A stretch of DNA of 64,000 nucleotides from Ruditapes philippinarum (taxonomy: Eukaryota): positions 186,001 through 250,000 of the forward strand of contig NW_026861764.1 in assembly GCF_026571515.1 (NCBI RefSeq). Direction: 5' to 3'. Every line of letters begins with the position of its first letter. Within the stretch, counting starts at the first letter, position 1. Under the pieces are notes generated by a model that searched no databases, was not told the origin of the DNA, and worked only from the letters and a program-made list of their open reading frames with translations. This document shows, piece after piece, positions 44,001-59,000 of this stretch. Position numbers and translations under genes: made by a program.

Positions 44001-47000
44001 GGAATACATTTAAACGTCTCATTTTACAGAACTAAGTGATGACTGATCAACAAACTTTAGTTGTAACATTCTTAGGTAGTATTTTATCAAGTTTGCTCAT
44101 ATGAATTTGATTGGACACTTGAAAGGGGGGGGGGGGCACTAAAGCTAAACATAGAAAAGCCTTTTAAGATCATTTTCTACTGAAATAATTGATAAATTAT
44201 CACCAAACATTATCTGTAGCAGTTTTAGTAGTCAGTTTATCAAGTTTGCTCATATTTATTTGATTGGCCCCTTTTAGGGGCAGCTAAAGCTAAAAATTGA
44301 AATACATTTAAACGTCTCCTTCTACAGAACTAATGGATGGATGATCACAAAATTTTGTCTGTAGCATTCTGAGATAGTGTATTCTTTTATCAATTTGGTT
44401 TATATTATTTTGATTGGCCCATTTTAGGGGTCGCTGAAACTTAAAATAGTAAAACCTTTAAATAATCTGGTATCGTCTCCTAATGAAATAATTGAAGGAT
44501 GATCACCACACTTTGTTATATACTAAGGTAGTCTTTCATCAAGTCTGCACATATTAATTTGATTGACCCCGTTTAAGCTAAAGCTTGAATGGCCCAGGTC
44601 AGGGCCATCATTGCCCTCTTGTTTTTCACCGTCATGATATAATTTTTAAATTTAAGTAATGAATTTATTCAATTTAACCATTTTGCAGACTGTGGGTCTC
44701 CATTGAATGTGATCAATGGTAATTTGCAATATATCGCAACAACGTTTGGATCAACCGCTTCCCTTGTCTGTGATTCAGGATATGATGGAGACGGGACAAT
44801 AAGCTGCCTCGACACTGGCATGTGGGAAATACCACCAAGTTGTTCACCGATTCCAGGTCAATTTTAATTTTTATCAATTCCCATCTATATAAGTTAAAAA
44901 AAAACTTTTGTCAAAACGTCTGTGTAATGGGCGACCAGGGTTCGATTCCCGGACGGCGCAGGTCACTTTCGTTGTGATTGATCATGAAATCCTTTATACG
45001 GTCACTCGCACTGTACCTCTGCTATGGTATGTACAAAAGTTTCAGTTCCTTTCAAATGTGACAGCATGCCCAGGAACGATGCGGTTGTTGAACTGTACTC
45101 TGGTTAATTAAAGGTTGCTTACTGCCGTGATCCGGAGTGAATACTATCAACACCATCACCAGTACAATGTAAGTCATTATGAATATATTATGTGCATTAT
45201 TGTATAGGTAAAAATAGAACTGACACCGTTTTACCATATAGGTGGAGTACACATAATCTGATTTTTGTTATCATCTTTGTATCGTTTTCATTCTTCATTG
45301 TCTTATGTGATTATTGAAAATAGACCGCTTGGGCATTGTTAAAGATTTAAAATCTGAAATTGGAAAATACAACTTCGTGATACGATAACGCTACAGATGA
45401 AAAAATTATTTGGTCCATGACATTCAATTAAAGTTAAATTCTCAATGATCTTTAACAAGACTCTCGTTTCCTCAAAATAACTTACAAATACATGTATGTA
45501 GCATTTTAATTATTCGAAAAAATTAGAAGTAAAGAATCCCCAAAGAACGCATAGGTCACATTGTCGAAGGTAATCATTACAATGACGTTGAATATTTAAC
45601 ATATTTCCGTTAACTTTTATCTTTATGATTCTATTCTAAATATCTATCCATTACCTATTAATGACCGCCTCCGTGGTCGAGGGGTTAGAGTCGATGACTT
45701 CTAATCCAGTTACCTCTCTGGCGTGGGTTCGATCCCCGGGAGATGCTTTGGTAGTTTAGCGCGGAGGAAGGTAGTCTAGTACTGGTATAACTCTCCAGGA
45801 ACGATGGTTAGGAAACTACCCGCCTATATGACTGAAATACTGTTGGAAAAAGGCGTAAAATGAAACAAACAAACAAACAAACATTACCTATTAATGTTAA
45901 ATGTACAAAAATACTTGATATTTTTTTTGTCCTTTTTAAAGACTTAAGATATCTAGCTGGTCTCTGTTAATGTACTTTAAGTAATACAATTTAGCAACGA
46001 CGTAATACTTTATTGATATGTCTGTAATAAAATGCTTTATTTTAGAAATGATATCGGTCTTAGCGATGTTTATCAGCTATTTAACACCGGTTCAACAAAA
46101 GAAATAATAAGAAACAAACATTATTTTATCAAGTTTTCAACAATGAAATATCGTCTTAGAATGGATTGTATTTTGTTTACATCAGTGCCCAATTTATCGT
46201 GTTTGAAATGACGTCAGCATTTATGAATGAGTTGTATACTTAAGATGACGCCATTACGCTGCTTACAGATTGGCGCCGTCTTGTCAAAATATTTATTAAC
46301 TGATATGGATCAAATGTATATAGCAAACGTGTATGTGATATATCATTTCGATATTGTATGAAAATCAAACGATAGGAACTGAAAATATAAGTAAAATGTT
46401 TTTTTATTGTTGCTTTAAAAGGCTTTGTAAACTATATAATCGAGGGAGAATACATAACAGCCGCACTCTCAAGTAGTTCATAACCAGTGTTTATTGGCAG
46501 TTTTACACCCTTTTCTTCTTCTTTGTCTATAGTGACAAAATTACAAGTAGTGTAGGAATAAGTATTTGATGATTTGATTGTAAATTCTCACACCTTACTG
46601 CTCAAAATAATTGTGTATAGCATTGTGTTTCTTAACGTACCTTATTGTTTGGTTTTATTAACCTGTCAACTACATACTGATTACACGGTCGATGCACACA
46701 GTATATAAATCTTCGGCAGATGTTCGGTAAGTTCCGTGAGATGTACGCTGTACGATGGAATTGAATTTAATTTGTATCTCTATACAAAGTGTCCTCCGCG
46801 TTATAGCGCATTAGGGTAATTCACGAGTTTATAATCTAAATGCCATACGTGTTATAAGTTCGAGGCCGCGTTGGTTCATGTTTTTTTTTTCTTATTAATA
46901 CTTTCAACATTATTTAATCTATACATGATTATTTTATATTGTTCGTTTTTTATTATGTTTTACTTAATTTGTTATGTATATACTCTTTCTAAATAACATG

Positions 47001-50000
47001 TTTTTTTTCAGAATTCATGTTTAAAATTAAAAGAGATTGAAGTCAATAAATGTCTTTTCAATGCCGTAAAACACACTACAAATCTGTTCCATTAAAATAT
47101 ACTGCAAAAAAATAAAGAGTACTGAAACAATGGCAACAGTAAGGATCGAACCACAGACCTCTCAATTATCAGGCATTCTCTTTACCGACTGTCCTTTTGT
47201 GAATTTACGAAAACCTTCACATTAAGCTGGCGTGACTTTCAATCAATGACTAATATAAACAAAATTAATTCTCGTAAACTACACGGACAAAACCGAAGTG
47301 GGATCGAATATTTAATTGAGTCCTATAATGTATTCATAATTGACAGGTCAATAAAATCAGACTATAATAATGCTCTCCTATTGTATTCTTCTATGTAATT
47401 TTGTCGATATGTGTTTACTTTTAGAATGTCCTGAGGGATGGACCAAGTTTGCAAAGAGTTGTTATCTGTTTCAACAAAACAAAGTGCTTTTTAAAGAAGC
47501 CAAAGTAATACTATTTCTTTTATTATCCTATACTGTTTTGTAAGTCGTCCCACTAATGTTTAGCCTCTCATGACTTTGTATGTAAACTTCTCCATCTATA
47601 TCATGTTTATAGAAACACTGGCTCCAAATATGGATATAAGAACATATATACCATGCAAAACAATCTTTATTAACCTAGGTGATTTTTGCCTGAGCAGTAT
47701 TATCACTTTTAAGAGTAGTAGAGGGTCGGTTTAACGTAACGTTCTACTCGTACGCGGCGGATTCTAAATCAAGAATGACAAATCGTTTAATATATAGAAT
47801 GACATCATTATTAAATTATCTCTTTGAAGTATACTCGATCTAGGACATGACATTGGAGGTCAGGTCCTTAACAGAGAAATAAAAAAAGCAATATAAGTAA
47901 ATGTGTTTAATTACAGATAAAGAGAACTATATACTTAATATATTTAAATATTATATAGAATTATCAATACACAAAGTGAATAAATATTTTTATATACATG
48001 CAAAAACAACTATTTAAAACAATTTTTTTCTTCCATTTTAGAATTAACAACGTTAGTAATATATACATTTTAACCGAAAATACTACTTTTATGACAATGC
48101 TAGACGTTCAGCAATAGAAAGATTCTTATCATCTCTTAATGCGCATATCATATTGTTCGTTACCTATATTTTCATTAAAATCATCAGTACGAGGCGGCAT
48201 TATTGGTTTCTACAGTCATGAAGAATGACACACCGTTCTTTTTCATAATTACATCATTATTTTAAATTTAATCTCCCGGAAATATTAGATTCTATATTTA
48301 AAATGACATATAGTACAATCCCTGGGGACCTTTTGTGTGCAAAAAAGGTCCATGGATGAATGTTATACCAATGTAAAGATAAATGTTTGAAGTTTGCAAA
48401 AAATTTGGGTAGACATGTCAAATCATGGTACGTTTTGAGAAATCCAAGATGGCCGCAAAGATGGCTGCCAAATTATTGAAAAATGGCTTATACGCATTTT
48501 ATCTGATTAAATTAGGGTTTTTGTTGTATTCATTTTAGAAACAATGATGTAAGAACTTCACATCCTATTTGAACAATATGAAAATGGAGGAATTTCCATT
48601 ATTTTTTCCTATTCTCTGAATTTCATAGATAAATTTGCTAAAAAATGCATGAAAAAAATTATCAAAAATTGATATGGGGCTGACATTTTTTCCTACCAGC
48701 TAAGGCATAGCGGTGTAAATGAATATTTTTTACCATATACTACAAAGACTTGAACAATATCATACTCATATCACTCTTATTTTTTTATCTTTATTGTAAA
48801 AGAATTTGGATTCTGATATTCTTAAAGTGGGTGGGGTAACGAAAATTAAATTTTAATAACTGGTTTGTTATGATAATTAAAACTATGAATAGTCAACATG
48901 TATTGCACTTTGGCATGTACCTAAAGTTATAAGTAATTAAGAAACTTACACTGATATGTTGTTTATCAATATTCAACATGTTATGTTGCCATGGCAACGG
49001 AGAAATAAAATGAAAGACACACCTGAAACGTATGACACTTTCAACTTTTAGCATTTTAAACATGTTGATAAGAATGACACAAACTTAAAGATAAATAATC
49101 TGTACACAATGCCATGGTAACAAATTGAAAAAATGTAACATTAAAAGAAGTCCAATTAATTCTAGCAAATTATCAACACAGATAACAGCCGATATTTTGA
49201 AATTAGATGAATAAATTTATTTCAAGAATTTGCATCATGCATTTGATTTTTTCAAATTGCTATACATAGAAAAAGGTCATGTCAAATGTGCATGTAGTTA
49301 TGTTTCGAAAGGATAGTTAATGGTGATAATAATAAGTAAAAAGCATTCTTAAGGTAGAAATGTATATAAACATTTAAATTATCAAATGTTTGAAACTGTA
49401 TATATATAGGCTAAACATTTAAGACTTTGTAGCTAAAACGAGAAATAAGTAAGTCACTGGTTCAAATTCTAGGTCAACCAATATCAAATATCAATGACAA
49501 TCGAATTTATTGTTGAGTTCAAACTTTTTAGTTGTAGCTTATATTATGAAACTTGAATTGTATTAGCTAAAATTCTAGGTCAACTGATCTCAGTGTATAA
49601 TTTTTCATCTGAAATTTTACAATCAAAATACAAAGAGGTCACTAGTACAGATTAAGGTCAGCTGGCATGTCATATTGTATCAAATTTCTTTAGCTTCAAA
49701 AACAAGAAAGTAGGTCACGAGGTCTTAAATTCTATGTCACCTCATACCAGTGGGGCCATGATTTGAACAATCAAAGAAGAGCACAAGACAAGTCTTCCAA
49801 CCAAATGATCTAACATTGTGGTTTCTGACATAAAGAGTTTTTTTATATAAAAATCGACACCTAGGCAGGGCCATATTTATGCTCCCCGCAAACTTTCGGC
49901 GGAGCATATAGTCGCCGGGCGTGTATCCAAAACCTAGTCGGGGAGCATCACCCGGTTCAACCGGCTCTTGTTTTAATCCAGACTCATAATTGCAAACTTA

Positions 50001-53000
50001 TCACTTTACGGAGAGTGTCGGATGTGAAGTCCAGGCGTCCAACAAGTGATCTCGGACATTGAGTTTTACGGTCATTTGTCTGTCAAATAAAGTTAAAAAG
50101 TTAGTACCGTAGCATAGTAGAAATTGGTCATTACTCTTCTGTTTATTTATTCATGAAAGTCAGATAGTTTAACCGACCTTCAAGCAACAAAGAAGTGTTG
50201 AAATTGGCGTATAACCCAGGCCCGGCCCTATCATGATTTGAAGAAACATGGTAAGTCTTTTAGAAATTGTTTCATATGGTTCAAAGGATGATTTTTACAA
50301 AGGATAATATATATAAAATAGACTTTGTGAATCAATTGACCCTTGGGAAAGGTAATTATAATCAAACGGATCATGACTTAACCAAGCTTAGTAGTTGTGT
50401 ATTATATTGTGACATTAATTGATATGATCATAGAATGAATGCTTCACACTTTAATCAAAGCATTTAATTTATGGAGAGGAAAGTTTCCAAAGCCTTTTCT
50501 TTAAAACACAAAGTGAAATGACTCCTGGGGTTAAGTCAACTTTGACCAGATTGTCAAGATTTGAAAAATAAATTTAGGTATTTTTGACAATGCTTTTAGA
50601 AAAGGCATGGCTTTATCATACTTTAAAAGGGACAATAAATATAACAGCTTTTTAATCTAAGTCGGCTGTCAGAAATTACAATACTTTCTTTGAATACTAG
50701 GTAAATATTTAATAAAATTTTAAAAAAAACAAACAATTAAAAATCTTTAAAAAAAATGTGTATCTATTTAACAAAATCGAATGAAAAAATATGAACGTAT
50801 CGGGCGGTGAATATAACAAACAGGCGGTTAATATAACAAACGTAACTATTTCGATATTCCATTGATAAGTAAGTACATTGTAATTCTTATAACTTAAGAC
50901 ATGTAAAATACACGTTCCTGGTTATACGCTCATTTCAACGATTGCATTTGATTTTTTAAAAGCACTTGTGATACGTATAATTTAAAAACTAAAATAACTT
51001 GACGTTTAATAAATTTGATTCATTGTTCACTAGCTTATTTAAATAAGGTCTTTATAACGTACAATATAGAATATCGTGAACAAATATATAAGGACTAAAG
51101 ATAAAATTACGTCTCATTCTATTTCAATTGTATGTTTAATGAATTTGAAATATGTTTTGCGGATATAGCGATGTAATATATAGTAATAACTAGTTAGAAC
51201 CTTCAAATATACCCTTGACAGAAAATCTATCGAAAAAATATATATTTCCTTTATATGTCGAATCCTTGAATGAATACGCTGACACTGTATGGGACAACAT
51301 CACAAAAGGCGAACAAGAAGATGTTTAACGAATCCAATTAGAAGCCGCTTGAATCATTTTCGGTGCTACTCAACTTGTTTCTCTTTCTAAACCATATTAA
51401 GAAACTGCATAAGAATCAAACCAGAAGGACTAAGCACAAACTAATTCTTTTCTATAAAATGATAAACTCTCTCATTCCGCCCTATCTCTTTAATCTTGTT
51501 CCAACATCAGTTGGTAGTGAAACTCCTTATGGGCTTTGCAATTCTGAAAATATCAGAAACTTCCTCTGTAAGTCTCAGCTATTTTCCAATTCTTTCCTTC
51601 CGTCAACTTTTAACGCTTGGAAGAATTTAGCACCAAACGTCCGAAACTCATCCACTTTATCATCTTTCAAACATGCTTTAAATAGAGACATTACAAAAGT
51701 TCCATTTTACTATTACACTGGAAGCAGAGAAGTGTCTTTCCAACATGCTAGATTACGAATGCATTGCAGTTCTCTTATAGAACATCTTTTTTAAAAAAAA
51801 TATATATAATTGAAAGCCCAATATGCACTTGTGGAGAAATTGAAGACACAAAATTCTTTCTTCTTGCATGTCCAATGAAAGAACAACCATGTTAAACAAC
51901 CTCAGTAATATCACACCAATCACTGAAAACATTCGACTGTTTGGAAATGAATCTCTCGACTCGGACAAAAATCCTTTTTAAACATGTGCAAGGCTTTATA
52001 ACACATACACAAAGATTTAAGCGCTAATTAAAACCCAGTATCGCTTCGTCCCTGAAAAAGACCCTCACATCTCAAATCTTTCTTCCGCTCCAAATCTTAC
52101 TCCATGGACTTTCCATACCTTTATTTTCTCTCTTTGATAATTACTTAAGTTAAAATGTTTTAGAAATCAAAACTTTTTTCCCTTTTGTTTTTTTGTTTGT
52201 TTTATCTGTTTTTCTTTTTATCTCAAACCAGGTCTACCTTTTCGTTTATTTATTTTGTTCCGGTTCATAAATGTTTCAAATGAAGTTACATCGTCAGTGC
52301 AGATTCTTATGACAGACAGAAGCGAGGCTTAGTATAAGCTACAAAGCCTTATCCTCTATTCTGTATGCTATACTAACACAATGATTGTATTGTTTTTATT
52401 ATATTTTTTTTGTTATTACTAAATTGTGTATAATTGTTGTGTGTTTGGAAAATATATATTGTTAAAAACAAACCAACAAAGAAATTTTAATATCAAAACT
52501 GTAATACAGAACAGAAAATTGTTCCCAGAACGGTCTTCATTTTCGGAAAAACAAATTAGCTACACTAATAAAAATGTAAACAATTTTCTATCTAAAGATA
52601 AGAATGTAACTTTTAATTATTATAATGAAACATATTTTTTTCTGATTTTTTCAGGTAATGTCAAAAATGCAATGCGTCATTAAAAGTCGGTTTAAAAGAA
52701 TTAAGTATTAACTGAAGTAAAACAAAACGTATCAATCAAAAAAGTATTAAACATGCATCATCATATTTGTTTAAGGCATTTCATTAGAACGTTTCTTCAC
52801 GAATAAGGTCATGTTTGAAACCCTAAAGTTTTTAAATAGTAACAAACTATCGGTTTTCTAATAATTTTTGTAAGTTATATAAATGAAAAACAGAAATTTA
52901 AGTTTCTGTTCTTTTGTTAAAGGCGTAAATTTAGAATACGCTTACAAAGTCGAAACTGTTGTTCCCTGTTTATAATAATGACGCGATACAACATTCAAAT

Positions 53001-56000
53001 CACATTGTGGTTTGTTATTGCATCTTAACGTATTTTTAAATTACGAGTAATTACCTGCCTGTTGTTGTAGCCCGATGCAAAGTGCAAGAAAAAAAACGTA
53101 CATTAACAATTGCATATTACAAAATAGTGTTTAAACGTCAAATTTTGTTACTAATCTTATTTAAATAGAAACCCTCTGGGTTCAGGTTCAATAAAGATGA
53201 TGCATTCATTATTGTAATCATTTTGCCGCTAGACGTCTAAGAAAAAAAATTGTCGATAAAAGTAATATTATAGGTTAAAATGAATGTATAAACGAATAAA
53301 ACATTCGTTTTAAATAGTAATTTTTGCATTTATCGTATTTTTTTATATCAATTCGGTTAAAAAATGGATATATCTTTATTATATTAAACGTATATACATC
53401 TTCTAATTTTCTCGGTTATGCCGGATTTTCTTTTTGTTTATAACGTGATGATGTCATTCTTAAAGTGGAATATAAAATAAGGGTAATGCCGGCTCTACGG
53501 GTGAAATTATTCTAAAAATACAAAATGAAATAAGGGTATAATGAATCAGTTCCGTATGCTGAAATAATAACCTTTATAAGGAATCGTTATGTCATTTTAA
53601 ATATAGAATTTAATACATGCGGGAGATAAAATATAAAAATGAGATCATTCTGAATATGGAACGATGTGTCACTCTTCATATAGAATCCAACAATATATTA
53701 ATCTATCTGTAATTAAGTCTACGGTGCACAAAGGTGACACATGTGTTTGTTTTATTTTATCGTGCGCTCGAGATACTATGTCGTGGCCACGAGTTACTAA
53801 GTCGTTGCCACGATTTAGTTAAGTAGTTGGAACGAAATACTATGTCGTGGCAATGAGATAATTAAGTCATGGGCACACGAAAGTTGAGTCCTAAGATCGA
53901 GATACTTTGTCGTTGTCACGACTTCCTAAGTCGCATGCACTAATAAAGTCATGAGAACAAGATTCTATGTCATGACTGCGAGTCACTTAGTCGTGAGAAC
54001 GAGATAATTAAGTTGTGCGCACAGGACAAAAAACCATTCAGATTAAACTATTTATATGAAATTTTCTAATAAACGAGACATGTGCTATTGTTCAATGATG
54101 CCCTTGCCTATATTAGTGTCATTTATACAAGTTATTGATTGGCCAATGATTTTACATTTACCATCAAAATTACCCTGATTTTTGACCTTAATACCTTAAA
54201 ATTATTAGGTGTCATCTACTGATTAGGTGCAATGAGCATTCTAAGTTAATATACTTACCATTGGTAAATTATTTAACAGACACGGATTATACAGCAAATG
54301 TAATTGTTACCTTTACCCTTGACTTCAAACATCCTTATAGACTATCTACTGTCCAAAGGCAATGTTCCTACCAAATGAAATAATCCAGGACGTATTCCTT
54401 CTCAGGTTATCGTATAAACAAAGAAAACAGGCAAAACGGACCAATTCTACATGTATAAACAAAGAAAACAGGCAAAACGGACCAATTCTACATGTTGTAT
54501 CACAGAATTGTCCCAAAAGGGCTATAACTCAGTCAAAATTAATGTCTAATTTATGAGACTTGGAAGATGACTTTCCAATATGGTTCTTGTGCATATATAC
54601 TCGTATAAAAAAAATCTGACTGGTTAATTATATCGATGACTCAGCTATCTCTAAGCTACGACATAGTATTTCGTGGCCACTACGTTGTACATATCTCGGG
54701 TCCATGACTGAAATATCTTGTTCCAACCAACGACTTATTTATATCGTCCCCACGACTAAGTAAATCGTGGTAACGACATAGTACCTCGTGGCCTCGACAT
54801 AGTATCTTGTTCCCACGACTTAATTATCTCGTGACCACGATTAAGTAACTCGTAGCCACGACAAAGTTTCTTGTTCCCACACTTTAACTATCTCGTGGCC
54901 ACGACTTAGTAACTTGTAGCCACGACATAGTATCTCGTGCGCAAGAGATAAACAACATCACACACATTTGTGCCACCGTATATACTGCTTTAGAAGTTTT
55001 ATCATCTCTCCGTTTAAGACTGAGAATCTGACCCAAATATTATGCCCTAAATTAGGTATACTTCTTGAAGATGATAAAATGATGTCATTCCAGAAAAAAA
55101 ACGACGTGTAATTGTTTGTATAGAATCCGCCGCGTACGCGCAGTGCATGACGTTAAACCAAATGCTACTTTGAAGGATAAAATGTGTTTGCTTAATTGAA
55201 CATCTTTAAAAAGATATCGTTTTAAATCATATGAATTCCTTATATCATTTCTTTGCAAACTTTAAACAAGAGAACCATAATTGCCCTGAAATCTCTCATT
55301 TGAATTTAAAGATTCTCCACGACAAGGTACAAGTAAAATATTGTTAACTATAAACAAAGCAGATACAAGGTGTAAATCTAAAACTGATATCACAGTTTAT
55401 TGGCGATGCCGGTGAGCGGCATCGTCTCTTATGGAATCCTTTTTATTTTGGCCTATGGAAGGAGCTGTTATTATTAGCAGTTAATGCCATGTTGTGTTAA
55501 TTAGTCTTATTTTGATTCGTAAAAATCAAGTAAACATATATGTTGTTATATTTGTATTTACTAACTTTATGTAAAAAGCATGTGCATTGTGATATTATTT
55601 TCACGAAACTGAAGGTTAAGTTTAACAACTTGTCCCTTAGTTTTATTGACAATACTAAAACCCGGATTTCGAATATCATTGTGGTCTACATTGATGCCGT
55701 ATCCATTCATTTATATATTTTCAAAATTTTCCTACAAGAATAGGTTGGAACTGTTGCAAACGATTATCCTATTGATTTTATCCTTATTATGTTTATCTGT
55801 TGCGCAGAATGGTTGTTTTTACAAAGTGTACCAGTATCCGGATGTTGAAAGCTCTCCGATTTTCTGCAATTACTGCTGTCACATGGCCATCTATTTTTGA
55901 CAGAATACTTTACCATTAATTTGCATGCCTTAATAAAACTGAGACCGCAACATTTCATAATATTGCTGTTAAGGGTGTACTTTTGGGTTTCAGGTTTTCT

Positions 56001-59000
56001 CTATTTTAAGGGGAAGTAACTCATGTTTACTAAATTATCTGTTCTTTTCTGTCTATCTTAGGTATTACTTATAATACTATTTTTGTTGTATAAAATTTAA
56101 ATTTGAAATGTACAAAGGCAGTATTGCATGATACTTTTAGATCTACAAAGGGCATTTGATACAGTTGATCAAGACTATACTGCACATGAAGAAGTTCTTT
56201 TTCTTCTTCTTCATGAAACTTCAAGCATCTGCCATATGTAATGAAATTCTTACATGGTTTAAGTCTTATCTCTGATAGACAGCAGCTGGTGGATGTGGCT
56301 AGTACTCATTCTAGTACTGCTCTGAGTACCTATGTTGTCCCCCTGATGTTCATTTTTAGAAGACATATGACCAGATTGATAAAAAAACCCGTGTTCATCT
56401 TAAAAGTGTCAAAACCAAAATAAAATGTAAATAATGACCCCCTTAAAAATATACTTTAAGTAAATAGTATATTTTTAAAGGGGGTCATTATTTACATTTT
56501 TGTTTTGTTTTTATGAACACAGTTTTTTTTTTATCAATCTGGTCATATTTTTCTTCCCAGGTTATGATTATATGCTGATGACTCAGGAATCCTTGTGTCT
56601 GGTAAAATAAATCTGAAGAAATTCTTTCTTTTAGTATGAGTCTTATAAGACTGGTCAATTGACTATAAATTGTCTTTGCATCTTAGAAAGTCTATTCTTT
56701 TTGGTATAAGTTTCAACTTAAACTATGCCTAGCCTCCAGGTCACATGTAATTGAACTGTTATAAAGTACAAATCTTTTGTTAAGTATTTAGGTGCAAACC
56801 TGGATAAAATTCTTTTGGCGTCGCCCTTTGATGCTTTGCAGAAATGCTTTTCTTGTATTTGTATCTGAAATAGTGCATTAATAAAACATTACTGGTAACT
56901 ATTGCTAATTGAACAACAGTTGCAAAATATGTGTACATGTTAAGGAAATCAATAAACCTTTGAGGCGAGGCCAATTTTGACCCCAGGGTTTTTATTTGAA
57001 AAAACTTGCTAGACACTCATTAGATGATGCTCCTTGCTAAACAGCTAATCTCTAGCTCTTTGAGGTTTTTAAAAGAGGACTTCTAAGTTTCTCTATATAC
57101 ATATAAGATAAATCAATGACCCAGGGGCGGGGCTTAAAGTTGTGAACGCATTAGGAATGCTGAATTTTGATACTAAACAACTGAACTTTTGTTTTTAAGT
57201 TGTGCAGTAAATAAAGCTACTGATAAATTGCAAATCTTTGTTCAGTTTTATAAATAAACTCAAATGTGATGAATTAAAAATGCAAACGTGAGGAATTAAA
57301 ACAAATATTATAAGAACATTTAAAATGAAGCAGATTTGTCATCAATGAAAACAATTATTTCAGTTTGATAAGGCAACAGTGACAAATGTTTCCCTCTCTG
57401 TCACGATATCGAATAAAGACACATTGGTTTTCAGCGAAATTAAATAAAAATAGTTATATCTTTATGGAGAGATAACTACATGTATCAAATAGATCTTTTT
57501 ATATTTCATATAGATGGCACAACTCCTATTCATTTGAAGCTGTTTTGGTATATTTTTCTTGGCAAATACTCTCGCAGAAAATGATTTTGTAACAAGAGAA
57601 ACAAAAATGGATGACAAAAATCACCTTAAACTTCTGCACTGAAATACAATATGGCATTTATTTAAAATCGTTAAAATAATTATGAAATTGCTTTATCTCC
57701 TGCAGAATGACTGCGAATCAAGAAAAGGATATCTTCTTGAAATCACCTCTCCTTCTGAAAACTATTTTGTAAAAGGTCTGGTCGGCTACAATTGTAAGTA
57801 TAGAAAGTTATAACAGTATAGCATTTTAAAGTGAACAGCTTATTATTTTTTTATATTTGGTTGGAGTTACAATTAAACACAATAAAGACCATATGGCCAC
57901 TTTCCTTAGTTATTTAGTTCATTTTGTGTGTTTAACCAATTGCACACTACAAATGTTTTAAACGTCAGAAGCAAAACCCATTCCTGAACGCATGCCTCTC
58001 ACTAAAAATAACACTTTGCTCTAACCAATAAGTTGTTTTCATACAAACTACACATGTACGTTCGAATTGATTTTGACTATAAAAATAAAGGTTGCAAAAG
58101 TTTCATTTTGGAAATCTGATTGCTCCATTTAGAATCTTCAATCATCTGTAGCTCAAATTTGGTATTTTGACAACAATGCAATCTGATTTTTTCTAAAGGA
58201 CTCTTTCAAACAATTTGATTTTAACATTTTTTGAAAGCCTAAGGTCATTTAAAACAGTCTTTTTCTGTCATACAATTTTCTAACATTTGCGTAAACATGA
58301 TGACATTATGCAGATTGTAGGTGCACAAGTGCATATTTACAGGAAACCGCCAGTGGGGAGTTGCATAACTCGTAATAAATGTATGATATATCTTTATTCT
58401 TTGTTTGGGTCGTCAGACCAAACAAATAATGGTTGCGAAATTTCAGACCCTGATATGCTTATTTGCAAAACCCGAAAGTAGTCAGAACTCCTCGAAGTGG
58501 TTACTTCTCTTTATGTACACTAACCCCGAATATTAAAGAGAGATCACTGCTTAAAGATTGTCAAAAGACAGATGCATTATTTTTCAACCTTTTTTGGGGA
58601 AGTAAAAATAGTTCCCGATTGGTCGAACATTTGTAATATGGTATAATTCTTTACAGATAGATATACATGCTCCATGATTATTTACGTAAGTATTTTACAA
58701 CAGGTGTACCGTAAAATATATCTCGAAGTTAATTAGTGTGAAAAAACCCTAATTCAGAATAATGTGATTTTCTTCAGACTGTTATCTTATACCTTCCCCG
58801 TGGTCGAGGAGTTTCATGCTCGTTTAGGTAGCTAGAGAGTTTGTTTTGCTGAACTAACATTAAATTGAATATCAATGTTGCAATTAGCCATATAGCAACT
58901 TTACTACAGATATAACACTGGAAACAGCATTGGTAGCACTATAGAAAAATAAATTGGTTTAATTTCCCACAACTGTCACCTTTCTTTCATTCTGAGACCA

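Noticed and set aside
45664-45745. tRNA gene (also near 43290 and 8740)
   Set aside because: A/B boxes without a proper cloverleaf; SINE body, tail and TSD are present at 45664
51363-51794. 143-aa ORF (longest in the track) as a host gene
   Set aside because: It is a LINE ORF2 C-terminal remnant with flanking stops and frameshifts
53760-54945. About 21-bp repeats as a CRISPR-like array
   Set aside because: No unique spacers or cas genes, eukaryotic context; the repeats form the inverted arms of a TA-flanked MITE
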